Positions 18,182 through 27,648 of a DNA stretch of 64,000 bases are shown here, piece after piece. This DNA comes from Candidatus Multivoradales bacterium (GTDB lineage Bacteria; Acidobacteriota; Thermoanaerobaculia; Multivoradales; JAHEKO01): NCBI GenBank assembly GCA_965223155.1, contig CBDCVR010000014.1, positions 928,001 through 992,000 on the forward strand, given 5' to 3'. The notes below the pieces were generated by a model, which worked only from the letters and a program-made list of their open reading frames with translations, had not been told where the DNA came from and did no database searches. The first letter of the stretch is position 1; each line of letters opens with the position of its first letter. Made by a program: the position numbers and the translations under genes.

Positions 18182-19915
18182 ATGACCGATCCCTCTCTTC
18201 GTCGTTCCCGCTCCCCTCGACGCCGTTTCCTATCGACCTACCCACGATCGATCAGCTCGGCCGCGGTCGGCCTCCTCATCGTTGCCGGCTGTGCGGCCCC
18301 CGAATCCGCCTCGACTCAACCGGCCGAGGAGAGCCCCGCGGTCGGGACAGCGGTGGTCGATGCTAGCGGCGCTCCGCTCGGTACCGTGGACTTCCCGACG
18401 TCGTGCCCGGACGCGCAGGAGCAGCTCGAACTAGGGCTCGCGCTCCTCCACCACATGAACTACCGCAAGGCCGAAGAGGTCTTCGAAGCCGCGGCCACGA
18501 CCGATCCGGAGTGCGCTCTCGCCTACTGGGGCCAGGCGATGACCTGGGTCCATCCGCTGTGGCCGGACACGATCCCGGCAGACAAGCGCGAAGCCGGCGA
18601 GGAGCTCTTGCAGCAGGCCGCCGGCGCGGCGCACACCTCGCCTCGCGAGAGTGCCTACGTGGAAGCCCTGGCCAGCTACTACGACGGTGCGGACCGCTCC
18701 GAGCGGGAGCGCCTCGAGACGTATCTCGCCGCCTGGACGAAAGTCCATGCCGACAACGCCGGCGACAGCGAGGCGGCACTGTTCCACGCCTTGGCACTCC
18801 TCGCCAACGCCCCGGCGTCCGACAAGACCTACGCCAAGCAACTCGAAGCCGGAAGCCTCCTGGAGGACGTCTTGGCCCGGGTTCCCCAGCATCCCGGAGC
18901 CCACCACTACACGATTCACGCCTACGATTTTCCGCCGCTGGCGGAGAAGGCGCTCGACATCGCCCGCCGGTACGACGAACTCGCGCCCGAGAACACCCAC
19001 GCGCTCCACATGACCAGCCATATCTTCACCCGGCTGGGACTGTGGCCGGAGTCGATCGAGTTCAACCTGCGCGCCGCGGCGGCGGCCGCCGACCGGACCT
19101 CCACCGGCGAGGTTTCGCTCCACCACCTCCATGCGCTCGACTATCTGGCCTACGCTTACCTCCAGCAGGCTCAAGAAGGCAAAGCGGACGGCGTCCTGGC
19201 CGAGATCCAGGCTTTGGAACCGCCGTTCCAGAATCACTCCGCAACAGCGTACGCCTTCGCCGCCGTGCCCGCGCGTCTGGCGCTCGAGCGGCACGACTGG
19301 GAATCGGCGGCCGCAACCCGCATCGGTTGGCCCACCGAGGTGGCTTGGGAGCAGTACCCGTACCTCGACGCCATCTCGCACTTCGCCCTGGCCTTGGGCA
19401 GCGCCCACACCGGCAACCCGACCGCGGCCCAGGCCGCGATCGCAGAGCTGGAGCGTCTCGAAGGCGCCGCTTCGGTCCTCAACGTCGCCTACGACTGGGG
19501 GATCCAGGTCGAGATTCAGAAACTCGCCGCGCAGGCGTGGCTCGCCTACGAGACCGGCGACGTGGCCGGCGGTCTGGAACGCGCCCAGGAAGCGGCCGAG
19601 CTCGAAGGCACCACCGAGAAGAACCCAGTGACTCCCGGAGAGGTGCTGCCGGCGGCGGAGCTCTACGGCGACATGTTGCTGGCAGCCGAGCGCTACGGCG
19701 AGGCCATCGACGCCTACCGGAAGGCTCTCGACCGCTCGCCCAACCGCTTCAACAGCCTGTACGGCGCGGGGCGGGCGGCGGAGCTCGCTGGCGACGCGGC
19801 GGCCGCGGCCTCGTTCTACGGACAACTGGCCGAGGTCTGCTCCGGAGCTCCGGAAGGCCGGCCCGAGCTCGCCCACGCCCGCGCGTTCTTGACCGAAGCC
19901 TCCGCGGGCCCGTAG
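18182..19915 (+). CDS. TPR-repeat lipoprotein
   Basis: Lipobox IVAGC; LGTVDFPTSC, DPECALAYWG, HPGAHHYTIHAYD, HALHMTSHIF, C-terminal TPR (PNRFNSLYGA). Confidence 0.85.
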   Translation: MTDPSLRRSRSPRRRFLSTYPRSISSAAVGLLIVAGCAAPESASTQPAEESPAVGTAVVDASGAPLGTVDFPTSCPDAQEQLELGLALLHHMNYRKAEEVFEAAATTDPECALAYWGQAMTWVHPLWPDTIPADKREAGEELLQQAAGAAHTSPRESAYVEALASYYDGADRSERERLETYLAAWTKVHADNAGDSEAALFHALALLANAPASDKTYAKQLEAGSLLEDVLARVPQHPGAHHYTIHAYDFPPLAEKALDIARRYDELAPENTHALHMTSHIFTRLGLWPESIEFNLRAAAAAADRTSTGEVSLHHLHALDYLAYAYLQQAQEGKADGVLAEIQALEPPFQNHSATAYAFAAVPARLALERHDWESAAATRIGWPTEVAWEQYPYLDAISHFALALGSAHTGNPTAAQAAIAELERLEGAASVLNVAYDWGIQVEIQKLAAQAWLAYETGDVAGGLERAQEAAELEGTTEKNPVTPGEVLPAAELYGDMLLAAERYGEAIDAYRKALDRSPNRFNSLYGAGRAAELAGDAAAAASFYGQLAEVCSGAPEGRPELAHARAFLTEASAGP

Positions 19916-20065
19916 CATCGCCCCGCGTTCTCGGGCGGCTGACGAAGCGGAGCACGGGGAAGCCGACCTGACCTTGGAAACCTCCGGAAACGAGCTGGCT
20001 CACCCGGCCGGCTCCGGCGACGGCTGACGAGGATCTCGCCCCCCGATCAGGGCCGATACCAGCCT

Positions 20066-21073
20066 CTAGAGAACCGACGCGTATGCCGGCAGCGCGGGCT
20101 GGCCGCCCAGGTGCGCGTAGAGCACGGTCGAGCCCGCCGGGATCTCGCCGCTCCGCACCATGCCGATGAGACCGGCCATCGACTTGCCTTCATACACCGG
20201 GTCGGTGAGCACTCCCTCGAGGCCCGCCACAGTGCGAATCGCGTCCAGGGTGCCCTGGTCGGGTACGCCGTACTCGCCGGCGTTGTATCCATCCACGATC
20301 TCGATCTCGCTCTCTTCCAGTGGCCGTTCCAGACCAATCGCCTCGGCCGTGAACGAGGCGATGCGGGTCACCTGGCCGATCGTCTTGTCGAGCGTGGCCG
20401 AGGCGTCGATACCCAGGACCCGGCGGCGGCGATCTTGGAGCGCGAAGCCCGCGATCATGCCGGCCTGGGTCGAGCCGGTGACGGTGCAGACGACAACGGT
20501 GTCGAAGAAGCGGTCGATCTCGGCCTCCTGCTCGGCCACCTCCCGCGCCCAGCGCGCAAAGCCGAGACCACCCAGGGGGTGGTCCGAAGCTCCCGCCGGG
20601 ATGGCGTAGGGGACACCGCCCTCAGCCCGCACGGACTCGAGCGCCCGCTCCCAACTGGCGCGAACGCCGATGTCAAAGCCGGCCGGATCGAGCCGGACGT
20701 CGCTTCCCAAGATGCGGGAAAGCTGGACGTTGCCAACCCTGCCGTACATCGGATCGTCCCAATCCACCCACGTCTCCTGAACCGTGACCGCCTTGAGGCC
20801 CACATGGGCCGCAACGCCGGCCACCTGCCGGGTGTGGTTCGACTGAACCCCGCCGATCGACACCAGCGTGTCGGCTCCCTGCGCCAGAGCCTCAGGAATC
20901 AAGTACTCCAACTTCCGAACCTTATTGCCGCCGAAGGCGATGCCCGAATTGCAGTCCTCGCGCTTGGCCCAGATCTCGACCTCGCCGCCCAGGTGCTCCG
21001 AAAGCCTGCGCATGGTGTGAATCGGCGAGGGACCGAAGGTCAGCGGATAACGCTCGAACCGGTCGAGACTCAT
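20066..21073 (-). CDS. acdS: 1-aminocyclopropane-1-carboxylate deaminase
   Basis: [21 protein letters not shown] (PLP Lys), [18 protein letters not shown] and HLGGQPAL. Carries the Glu and Leu that distinguish ACC deaminase from D-cysteine desulfhydrase. Confidence 0.92.
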   Translation of the reverse strand: MSLDRFERYPLTFGPSPIHTMRRLSEHLGGEVEIWAKREDCNSGIAFGGNKVRKLEYLIPEALAQGADTLVSIGGVQSNHTRQVAGVAAHVGLKAVTVQETWVDWDDPMYGRVGNVQLSRILGSDVRLDPAGFDIGVRASWERALESVRAEGGVPYAIPAGASDHPLGGLGFARWAREVAEQEAEIDRFFDTVVVCTVTGSTQAGMIAGFALQDRRRRVLGIDASATLDKTIGQVTRIASFTAEAIGLERPLEESEIEIVDGYNAGEYGVPDQGTLDAIRTVAGLEGVLTDPVYEGKSMAGLIGMVRSGEIPAGSTVLYAHLGGQPALPAYASVL

Positions 21074-21879
21074 CGCGCCGCCTGGGCGCCCGCCGAGCGG
21101 TCCACCACCCGGTACAAGACCCCCGGCTGCGGCCAGTCGAGGACCATGCCGCGGCCGACGCCGCGAGCCACCTCGTCGCCATAGAGGTGGGCAACGAGGT
21201 ACATGGCGACGTCGTAGCTCCGGGCGCCGCCCTGGGAGGTAAGCGCCTTGCCGTCATGGACGAAGCTCACGTCCCGGACGACCTCGAGCCGCGGGAACAT
21301 CGCGACGTAACGGTCCACGTCGCCGGGGAAGGTCGTGCTCACCAGGCCATCCAGAAGGCCGGCGGCCGCCAGCACGAAGGCGCCATCGCAGAGCGAGACC
21401 AGGTAGTCGGCCGCGGCGCCCACCCGCCGGACCCAGGCCATCATCGCTTCGTTCTCGAGGTCGGTGTCCATCGAGTGCTCGGCGCTCGGCACGACGAGGA
21501 CGTCCATCGCGGGAGCGTCGGCGAAGCCGTAGTGGGCCGCTACCGTCAGACCCTCGAAGGTCGTCACCGGCTCTCCATCGGGCGAGACCGTGAAGACCTC
21601 CATGCCCGGCTCGACGTGGAAGACGGTGTGGTGAAAGATGTCGTAGGGCGCCATGAGCTCGCTGTTGTAGACACCGTCCACGATCAGAAAGCCGACCCGA
21701 AGCGCCCCCGAATTCGGAGCCAGATCCGAAACCAAGTTCGAAGCAGACTCCGAAACCGGCGTCTCCGCGTCAGCCTCCAACGCCGGCAATCCGGCGGCCA
21801 GAAACGCGACCGCCAGTGCCGCGGCCGCGACGACTCCTAGACCTGTCAGGGTGCCAGCCCCCGACCTTGGCGAAGGCAC
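21070..21879 (-). CDS. DJ-1/PfpI-family protein with signal peptide
   Basis: [36 protein letters not shown]; ATGA overlap with acdS. Confidence 0.85.
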   Translation of the reverse strand: MPSPRSGAGTLTGLGVVAAAALAVAFLAAGLPALEADAETPVSESASNLVSDLAPNSGALRVGFLIVDGVYNSELMAPYDIFHHTVFHVEPGMEVFTVSPDGEPVTTFEGLTVAAHYGFADAPAMDVLVVPSAEHSMDTDLENEAMMAWVRRVGAAADYLVSLCDGAFVLAAAGLLDGLVSTTFPGDVDRYVAMFPRLEVVRDVSFVHDGKALTSQGGARSYDVAMYLVAHLYGDEVARGVGRGMVLDWPQPGVLYRVVDRSAGAQAAR

Positions 21880-21882
21880 GGA

Positions 21883-22425
21883 TCAGTCCTCCGCGCCTGC
21901 CGGCAGCCGGAGTTCATCCAGCCGGACTTCATGCAGCCAGACTTCGTGCAGATGACGCCAGACGAGGCCGTTCGGCGCGGCGTCGTCCGGTCCAAAAACC
22001 ACGGTGCTCAGCCGGCCGCGGCTCGCGCCTTCCCGGTCGTGCCATTCCTCATAGGTAGCGACCACGAGCTCTGGCGACGCCTGGCGCACGACCACGTCTT
22101 CGATCCGGATGCGGCCAGGAGCGTCCCGCCAGCGGCCGTGCGCCTTGCGAATAGCGTCCACGATCGGCTCGCGGCCGGCCTGGCCGCCCTCCGGACCGAT
22201 CAGGACGAAGGATGCGTCCAGAACGTCGGCGAACCGGGCAAAGGCCGCGTCCGTATCGGGCAGCTCGGCGTTCGACCATGCCTCCAAGAATTCGTGCAGC
22301 TCGACCACCTCGGCCCGGCAACGGTCCTCGAGTGAGGGTTCGGCCCGGGATACCGAAGCGACCCCCAGGATCAGGGCGGCCGCGGCCAGGGCTCCGACCG
22401 CGCCGTCGATTCCAAGCATGCTCAT
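21883..22425 (-). CDS. DUF4440/NTF2-like protein
   Basis: EVVELHEFLEAW, F.LIGP.G, ATYEEW, RLST..F, WRHLHE. Confidence 0.8.
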   Translation of the reverse strand: MSMLGIDGAVGALAAAALILGVASVSRAEPSLEDRCRAEVVELHEFLEAWSNAELPDTDAAFARFADVLDASFVLIGPEGGQAGREPIVDAIRKAHGRWRDAPGRIRIEDVVVRQASPELVVATYEEWHDREGASRGRLSTVVFGPDDAAPNGLVWRHLHEVWLHEVRLDELRLPAGAED

Positions 22426-22605
22426 CCACCGATCTTCTCACTGTTCGCCCCTCCCACGAGCCTGCCGGGGATTGGGCGAGACGGCAGAAAACGGTGGAGT
22501 CGAAGGCTACTGGAGCGGCCACGGGCTGGAGCCGGAACGCAAGATGCGATCACCAGCCCGGCGGGCCGGTACCGGCCCCTCTCGGGACTCTCGACCCACG
22601 CCGCC

Positions 22606-23730
22606 TCAGCGACTGTGGATGCGCCGTTCGATCAGCTCGTCCACCGACAGGTCGCCCGGCCCCTTGGTGCCCGTGCGCCGGACGAAGGACGGCGAAACGT
22701 CGTGGATGCGCATCTCGACCAGCTTCTTGACCGGAACGTCGACGTATCCAAGCTCCTGGAGCGCGCGCACGAAACCCGGCGTGACGTCGTGAATCCGGGC
22801 CTCGACCAGTTGCTTGGCGTCGAGGCCCCGGTACCCCAGCTCGGCCATCTTCTCGAGATACGAGCGCGAGACGTCATGAATGCGCATCTCGATCGCCCGG
22901 CGGAAGCTCCCCTCGCGGACACCGAACTCAGCCAGAGCCGCCAGGTACTCGGGGGTGACGTCGTGAATCCGCATCTCGACCAGACGCTCGACCTCCGGAA
23001 CGCCCAAGCCGGCCGCCAGCATGCCTTCGACGTAGGCCGGCGCGACGTCATGGATCCGCATCTCGACCAGACGCTTCGCGGGAACCTCCGCATACCCGAG
23101 AGCCTGGATCGCGCGCACAAACTCCGCGTCGACGTCGTGAATCCGCATCTCGAGCAGCCGCTCGAATGGCAGGGCGCCGTAGCCGAGATCCGCCAGATCC
23201 GAGGCGAACGCCAGCGTCAGGTCGAGGAGCGCGCAGCGCAGACCGTCCCAGTCGCTCAGATCCGGATAGCCCAAGTCGGCCATCGCGCGCGCGAACTCGG
23301 CCGACGAGACAAAACGAAAGCTGCCCCGCACCTCGCCCCGCTGGTCGCTCTCGCGAGTCAACTCGAAGGATCCAGCGTCGCGGCGGACGGTGTGCCGGAC
23401 CCCATCGCCTTCGAAAAAGCGGACCAGGGCTTCGGCCTCCAGGCGGGCGGCGAGATCTTCCTCCGACGCGTCTAGACCCAGCCAGTGCGACTGATGGATG
23501 TGGTCGCGCCCCGAGCGGGCCCTGGTCTCGACCTGCCAACCCTTGCCGTGCCGTTCGGCCCTCCAGGTGCCCTCAATTCCCTTGGTTTCGACTCCCTCGG
23601 CCGCCCACAGGGCGCCCGCGAACGCCACCAGCGCGACCACGGCCGCCAGGGCGCAGCCCGCGGCCACCTCGATCCACGACAGCCTGCCTCCCGAGGGACC
23701 CGTCAAGAAGGTTCGTTCCAATCTCATCAA
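22606..23730 (-). CDS. Secreted protein with 29-aa (L/I)xEMRIHDV tandem repeats
   Basis: Six clear 29-aa units (87-bp period) plus degenerate copies; N-terminal signal-like helix. Confidence 0.85.
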   Translation of the reverse strand: MMRLERTFLTGPSGGRLSWIEVAAGCALAAVVALVAFAGALWAAEGVETKGIEGTWRAERHGKGWQVETRARSGRDHIHQSHWLGLDASEEDLAARLEAEALVRFFEGDGVRHTVRRDAGSFELTRESDQRGEVRGSFRFVSSAEFARAMADLGYPDLSDWDGLRCALLDLTLAFASDLADLGYGALPFERLLEMRIHDVDAEFVRAIQALGYAEVPAKRLVEMRIHDVAPAYVEGMLAAGLGVPEVERLVEMRIHDVTPEYLAALAEFGVREGSFRRAIEMRIHDVSRSYLEKMAELGYRGLDAKQLVEARIHDVTPGFVRALQELGYVDVPVKKLVEMRIHDVSPSFVRRTGTKGPGDLSVDELIERRIHSR

Positions 23731-23743
23731 CAGTCTCCTTGTT

Positions 23744-23803
23744 CCAGATACTCAGATCACTCAGCTGGCTCAGCTGGCTCAGATCACTCAGATAGCTCAG
23801 ACT
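23744..23803. repeat. 9-bp-period tandem repeat (CTCAGnTnn)
   Basis: ctcagatca ctcagctgg ctcagctgg ctcagatca ctcagatag ctcagact. Confidence 0.8.
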
Positions 23804-23963
23804 CTCTCTGATCACTCGGTCGTCTGTAGCCGGCATCTCGCCGACCGCTCCGCACCTACCGAAACTACCGCGCGCGGCCGGAAAGGTTACTCGGCCGCTA
23901 CGCCGCGGCTATGATCGCACCAGGAGCACCGGGCGCCGCATCCGAGCCTGGCGCATCGAAACC

Positions 23964-26321
23964 ATGTGGATTCCGTCCCTGCCAGTCCGAGTCCCGAATG
24001 CCCGTCTTCGCCTGCCGACGGCGCCGGTCATCCTGGCGACTCTGGGGATCCTGGCGGGTCTTGGGAGCCCCGGATCGGGCGCCAGCGGACAGACGTTCCC
24101 GAGCGTCGAGGCCACCCGCACCGAGTTCGAGACCGTCTGCCGGGTGCTCCGCGATCTCAACCCGTACTTCGAGGATGTCTCGACCGAGCGTCTTCGCGGC
24201 CTGGCCGACGCCGCCGGCGAGCCGGTGGCTGAAGCCCGGCTGCGCTCCCGGCTGGGCTGGGACCTCATCCGGCTGGGCCGCCTCGACCGGGCCGTGGCCG
24301 AGCTCGAACGGGCACGCGCGCTGGCTGAAGCGGGCTCGGCACCGGTCGCGCTCGAAGTGGACATCCTACGCAACCTCGCTAACGCCCACTTCCAGCTCGG
24401 CGAGGACGAGAACTGCATAGGTCTTCACGTGGCGTCGAGCTGCATCCTGCCGGTCTCGGCCGAGGCCGTCCACGAGCGGCCCGACCACGCTCGCCGAGCG
24501 GGGGATCTGTACCTGGAGCTCCTGGAGCTCGCCCCGGCCGATCCCCGCGCGCGCTGGATGCTCAACCTGGCGCGCATGGTCTCCGGCCAGCACCCGGACG
24601 GAGTTCCCGAGCCTCACCGGCTGCCGACGGCGGCCCTCACTCCGGCCGCCGAGTTCCCCGATTGGGTCGATGTCGGCGCCAGCCTCGGAATCGCCGCCTT
24701 CGATCTCTCGGGCAGCGTCGTACTGGACGATCTCGACGGCGACGGCCTGATCGACATTCTCAGCTCGAGCTGGGACCCGTGCCAACCGATGCGCGCCTAT
24801 CGCAACGACGGGGCCGGCGGTTTCGAGGACGTGTCCGAAGCCTGGGGCCTGGATGGTCAGCTGGGCGGCCTCAACCTGGTTTCGACCGACTTCGACAACG
24901 ACGGCCGTGTCGACGTCTTGGTCCTGCGCGGCGCCTGGCTCGGCGACGGCGGCCAGATCCGGAACTCGCTCTTGCGCAACGACTTGGACCGGCCCGCTGG
25001 GCGCTTCGTCGACGTCACCGCGGCGGCCGGCCTCGCGTATCCCGCCTACCCGACCCAGACCGCCGCCTGGGCCGACTACGACGGCGACGGCGACCTCGAC
25101 GTCTACGTCGGCAACGAGACCGACGCGGGCACGTACGAGCCACTCCGTCTCATGTCCGACCTGGGCCGGCCGTACCAATCGCACCTCTACCGCAACAACG
25201 GGAACGGCACGTTCACCGAAGTCGGCCAGCAGGCCGGCGTCGAGAACTTCCGCTTCGCCAAGGGCACGGCCTGGGGCGATTTCGACAACGACGGCGACCC
25301 GGATCTCTATGTTTCGAACTTCGGCGCCAATCGCCTGTACCGCAACAATGGCGACGGCACCTTCATCGACGTGGCCCAAGCCGCCGGCGTCACCGAGCCG
25401 GAACGAGGCAGCTTCCCAACCTGGTTCTTCGACATCGACAACGATGGCGATCTGGATCTGTTCGTGGCCAGCTATTCGGCGCCAATGACGATCATCGCCG
25501 CCTCCTACTTCGGCGAGGTTCCGCCTGGCGGACACCCGCTCGTCTATCGCAACAACGGCGACGGCACCTTCACCGACGCCTCGGCCGAGCTCGGACTCAC
25601 CCGGCCGACCCTGCCCATGGGCGCCAACTACGGCGACATCGACAACGACGGCTTCCCGGACTTCTACCTCGGAACGGGCGCGCCCGAGTTCGACACTCTG
25701 ATTCCGAGCCTGATGTACCGCAACGATCGTGGGCGGCGCTTCGAAGACGTCACCTTCGCCGCCGGCTTCGGTCATCTCCAGAAGGGCCACGGCATCGCCT
25801 TTGCCGACGTCGACAACGATGGCGATCAGGACATCTTCCATCAGCTCGGCGGAGCCTTCCCGTACGACGAGTACGGCAACGCCTTGTTCGAAAACCCGGG
25901 AATCGATTCCGGCCGGCAGGATTCGACGCACGCAGACAAGGTCTTCGCAGACGCCCGGCCCGCCTGGATCACCCTGCGTCTCGAGGGCCGGCGGGCCAAC
26001 CGGCCGGGCCTCGGCGCCCGCATCGAGGTCGTGGTGCGCGAGGGCGGCGGCGGCCTGCGCTCGGTGCATCATCTGGTCGGCTCGGGCGGATCCTTCGGCG
26101 CCTCGAGCCTCCAGGCGGAGATCGGCCTGGGAGCCGCCGAGGCGATCGAACGGGTCGAGATCGTCTGGCCCGGAAGCGGCACCCGGCAGACCTTCGCCGC
26201 CGTCGCCCCGAACCGCTTCTACCGAGCCGTCGAGGATCGGCCCAAGCTCGAGCCGCTCGAGCTGCCCCGGATCCTCCTGGGCGCGCCACGACCGGCCCGG
26301 CGCCACGAGCACGGCAACTAG
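23964..26321 (+). CDS. CRTAC1-family protein (TPR + FG-GAP repeats + ASPIC/UnbV)
   Basis: Many D(F/Y)DNDG..D repeats, LYRNNGDGTF, C-terminal GARIEV...GLG...IVWPGSG. Confidence 0.92.
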   Translation: MWIPSLPVRVPNARLRLPTAPVILATLGILAGLGSPGSGASGQTFPSVEATRTEFETVCRVLRDLNPYFEDVSTERLRGLADAAGEPVAEARLRSRLGWDLIRLGRLDRAVAELERARALAEAGSAPVALEVDILRNLANAHFQLGEDENCIGLHVASSCILPVSAEAVHERPDHARRAGDLYLELLELAPADPRARWMLNLARMVSGQHPDGVPEPHRLPTAALTPAAEFPDWVDVGASLGIAAFDLSGSVVLDDLDGDGLIDILSSSWDPCQPMRAYRNDGAGGFEDVSEAWGLDGQLGGLNLVSTDFDNDGRVDVLVLRGAWLGDGGQIRNSLLRNDLDRPAGRFVDVTAAAGLAYPAYPTQTAAWADYDGDGDLDVYVGNETDAGTYEPLRLMSDLGRPYQSHLYRNNGNGTFTEVGQQAGVENFRFAKGTAWGDFDNDGDPDLYVSNFGANRLYRNNGDGTFIDVAQAAGVTEPERGSFPTWFFDIDNDGDLDLFVASYSAPMTIIAASYFGEVPPGGHPLVYRNNGDGTFTDASAELGLTRPTLPMGANYGDIDNDGFPDFYLGTGAPEFDTLIPSLMYRNDRGRRFEDVTFAAGFGHLQKGHGIAFADVDNDGDQDIFHQLGGAFPYDEYGNALFENPGIDSGRQDSTHADKVFADARPAWITLRLEGRRANRPGLGARIEVVVREGGGGLRSVHHLVGSGGSFGASSLQAEIGLGAAEAIERVEIVWPGSGTRQTFAAVAPNRFYRAVEDRPKLEPLELPRILLGAPRPARRHEHGN

Positions 26322-26406
26322 CGGCCTGCCACGGCACTGGGCAACCCTGGCGCTCCGCTGACGTAGAATCGGCAACCGCGTGGGACAGCACGAAGGAGAA
26401 CGAGTT

Positions 26407-27648
26407 ATGCACTTTGCACTTGCGAGACGGATCGCTCTGGTTGCGACCGTCGTTATCTGGACCGCCGCCTCGGCGGCGGTCGCGGAAGACTGGCCCCAGT
26501 TTCGGGGGCATAACCGGGACGGCATCTCGCCCGAGACCGGCCTTCTGGCCGAATGGCCCGAGGACGGGCCGCCCGAGCTCTGGCGTGTCCCGATCGGCGA
26601 AGGCTACTCGGCCCCGTCGGTCGTCGGCGATCGCCTGTACACGATGTACGCGGGCGAAGAAGACGGCGAGGCGGTGGAATACGCCGCGGCCTTCGACGCC
26701 GGCTCTGGCGCCGAGCTCTGGCGCACGCTCATCGGCGAGAAGCTGGACACCGAGTTCGGTAACGGCCCTCGCGCCACGCCCTCGGTTGCCGGCGACTCGG
26801 TCTACGTCATGGGCTCGCACGGCGACGTGGCCGCTCTCGACGTCGGTACCGGCGAGGTGCGCTGGAGGCTCTCTCTCCAGGAGCGCTTCGGCGGTCCACG
26901 CCCCGGCTGGGGCTTTGCGAGCTCGATGCTGGTTGACGGCGACCGGATCTTGGTCGATAGCGGCGGCCCGGACGGCAAGTCGTTCGCCGCCCTCGACGCC
27001 GCCACCGGCGAGACGATCTGGACCACGGGAGAAGCTCCCCGAGCCGGCTACAACTCCCCGCTCGCCGTCGAGGTCAATGGCGAGCGCCGGTACGTCTACG
27101 TCGGGGCCGGCCAGCTGCGCTGCATCGACGAGGACGGCAACGAGGTCTGGGCCCACGAGTGGCCGCAAGGCGAAACCCACGCCATGCCGGTGGTGATCTC
27201 GCCCAACCGCATTTACGCTTCCGGCGCCCAGGGCGTCGGGGCGCAGATGATCGAGGTTGACGAGTCCGGGGACCCGGCCACGGTCGAGGTCATCTGGAAG
27301 GAGCAGAACCTACGCAACCACTTCTCGACCTCGGTGGTCCACGACTCGACGATCTACGGGTTCGATAACGCCACGTTCAAGGCGGTCTCGGCCGACGACG
27401 GCAGCCTGGCCTGGGCCAAACGCGGGCTCGGCAAGGGCTCGCTCATCCTCGCCGAGGGCATGCTTTACGTGCTGACCGACCGGGGCCGCCTGCTCCGGGT
27501 CGAAGCCTCACCGGCGGGCTTCTCCGAGGCCGGCAGCGTCCAGGCCCTGTCCGGCAAGACCTGGACCGCGCCGACGCTCTCGAACGGCGTCCTCTTCCTT
27601 CGCTCGCACAGCGAGATGGTCGCCTACGACCTCCGGGGAGGCGCCTGA
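26407..27648 (+). CDS. PQQ-like beta-propeller protein (BamB-like repeats)
   Basis: DWPQFRG.NRDG, LWR..IGEGYS, ALDAATGETIW, TWTAPTL; GAAGGAG RBS. Confidence 0.9.
   Translation: MHFALARRIALVATVVIWTAASAAVAEDWPQFRGHNRDGISPETGLLAEWPEDGPPELWRVPIGEGYSAPSVVGDRLYTMYAGEEDGEAVEYAAAFDAGSGAELWRTLIGEKLDTEFGNGPRATPSVAGDSVYVMGSHGDVAALDVGTGEVRWRLSLQERFGGPRPGWGFASSMLVDGDRILVDSGGPDGKSFAALDAATGETIWTTGEAPRAGYNSPLAVEVNGERRYVYVGAGQLRCIDEDGNEVWAHEWPQGETHAMPVVISPNRIYASGAQGVGAQMIEVDESGDPATVEVIWKEQNLRNHFSTSVVHDSTIYGFDNATFKAVSADDGSLAWAKRGLGKGSLILAEGMLYVLTDRGRLLRVEASPAGFSEAGSVQALSGKTWTAPTLSNGVLFLRSHSEMVAYDLRGGA

Noticed and set aside
22620-23160. Regularly spaced DNA repeats as a CRISPR array
   Set aside because: The 87-bp period is in frame and encodes protein repeats; no cas genes.
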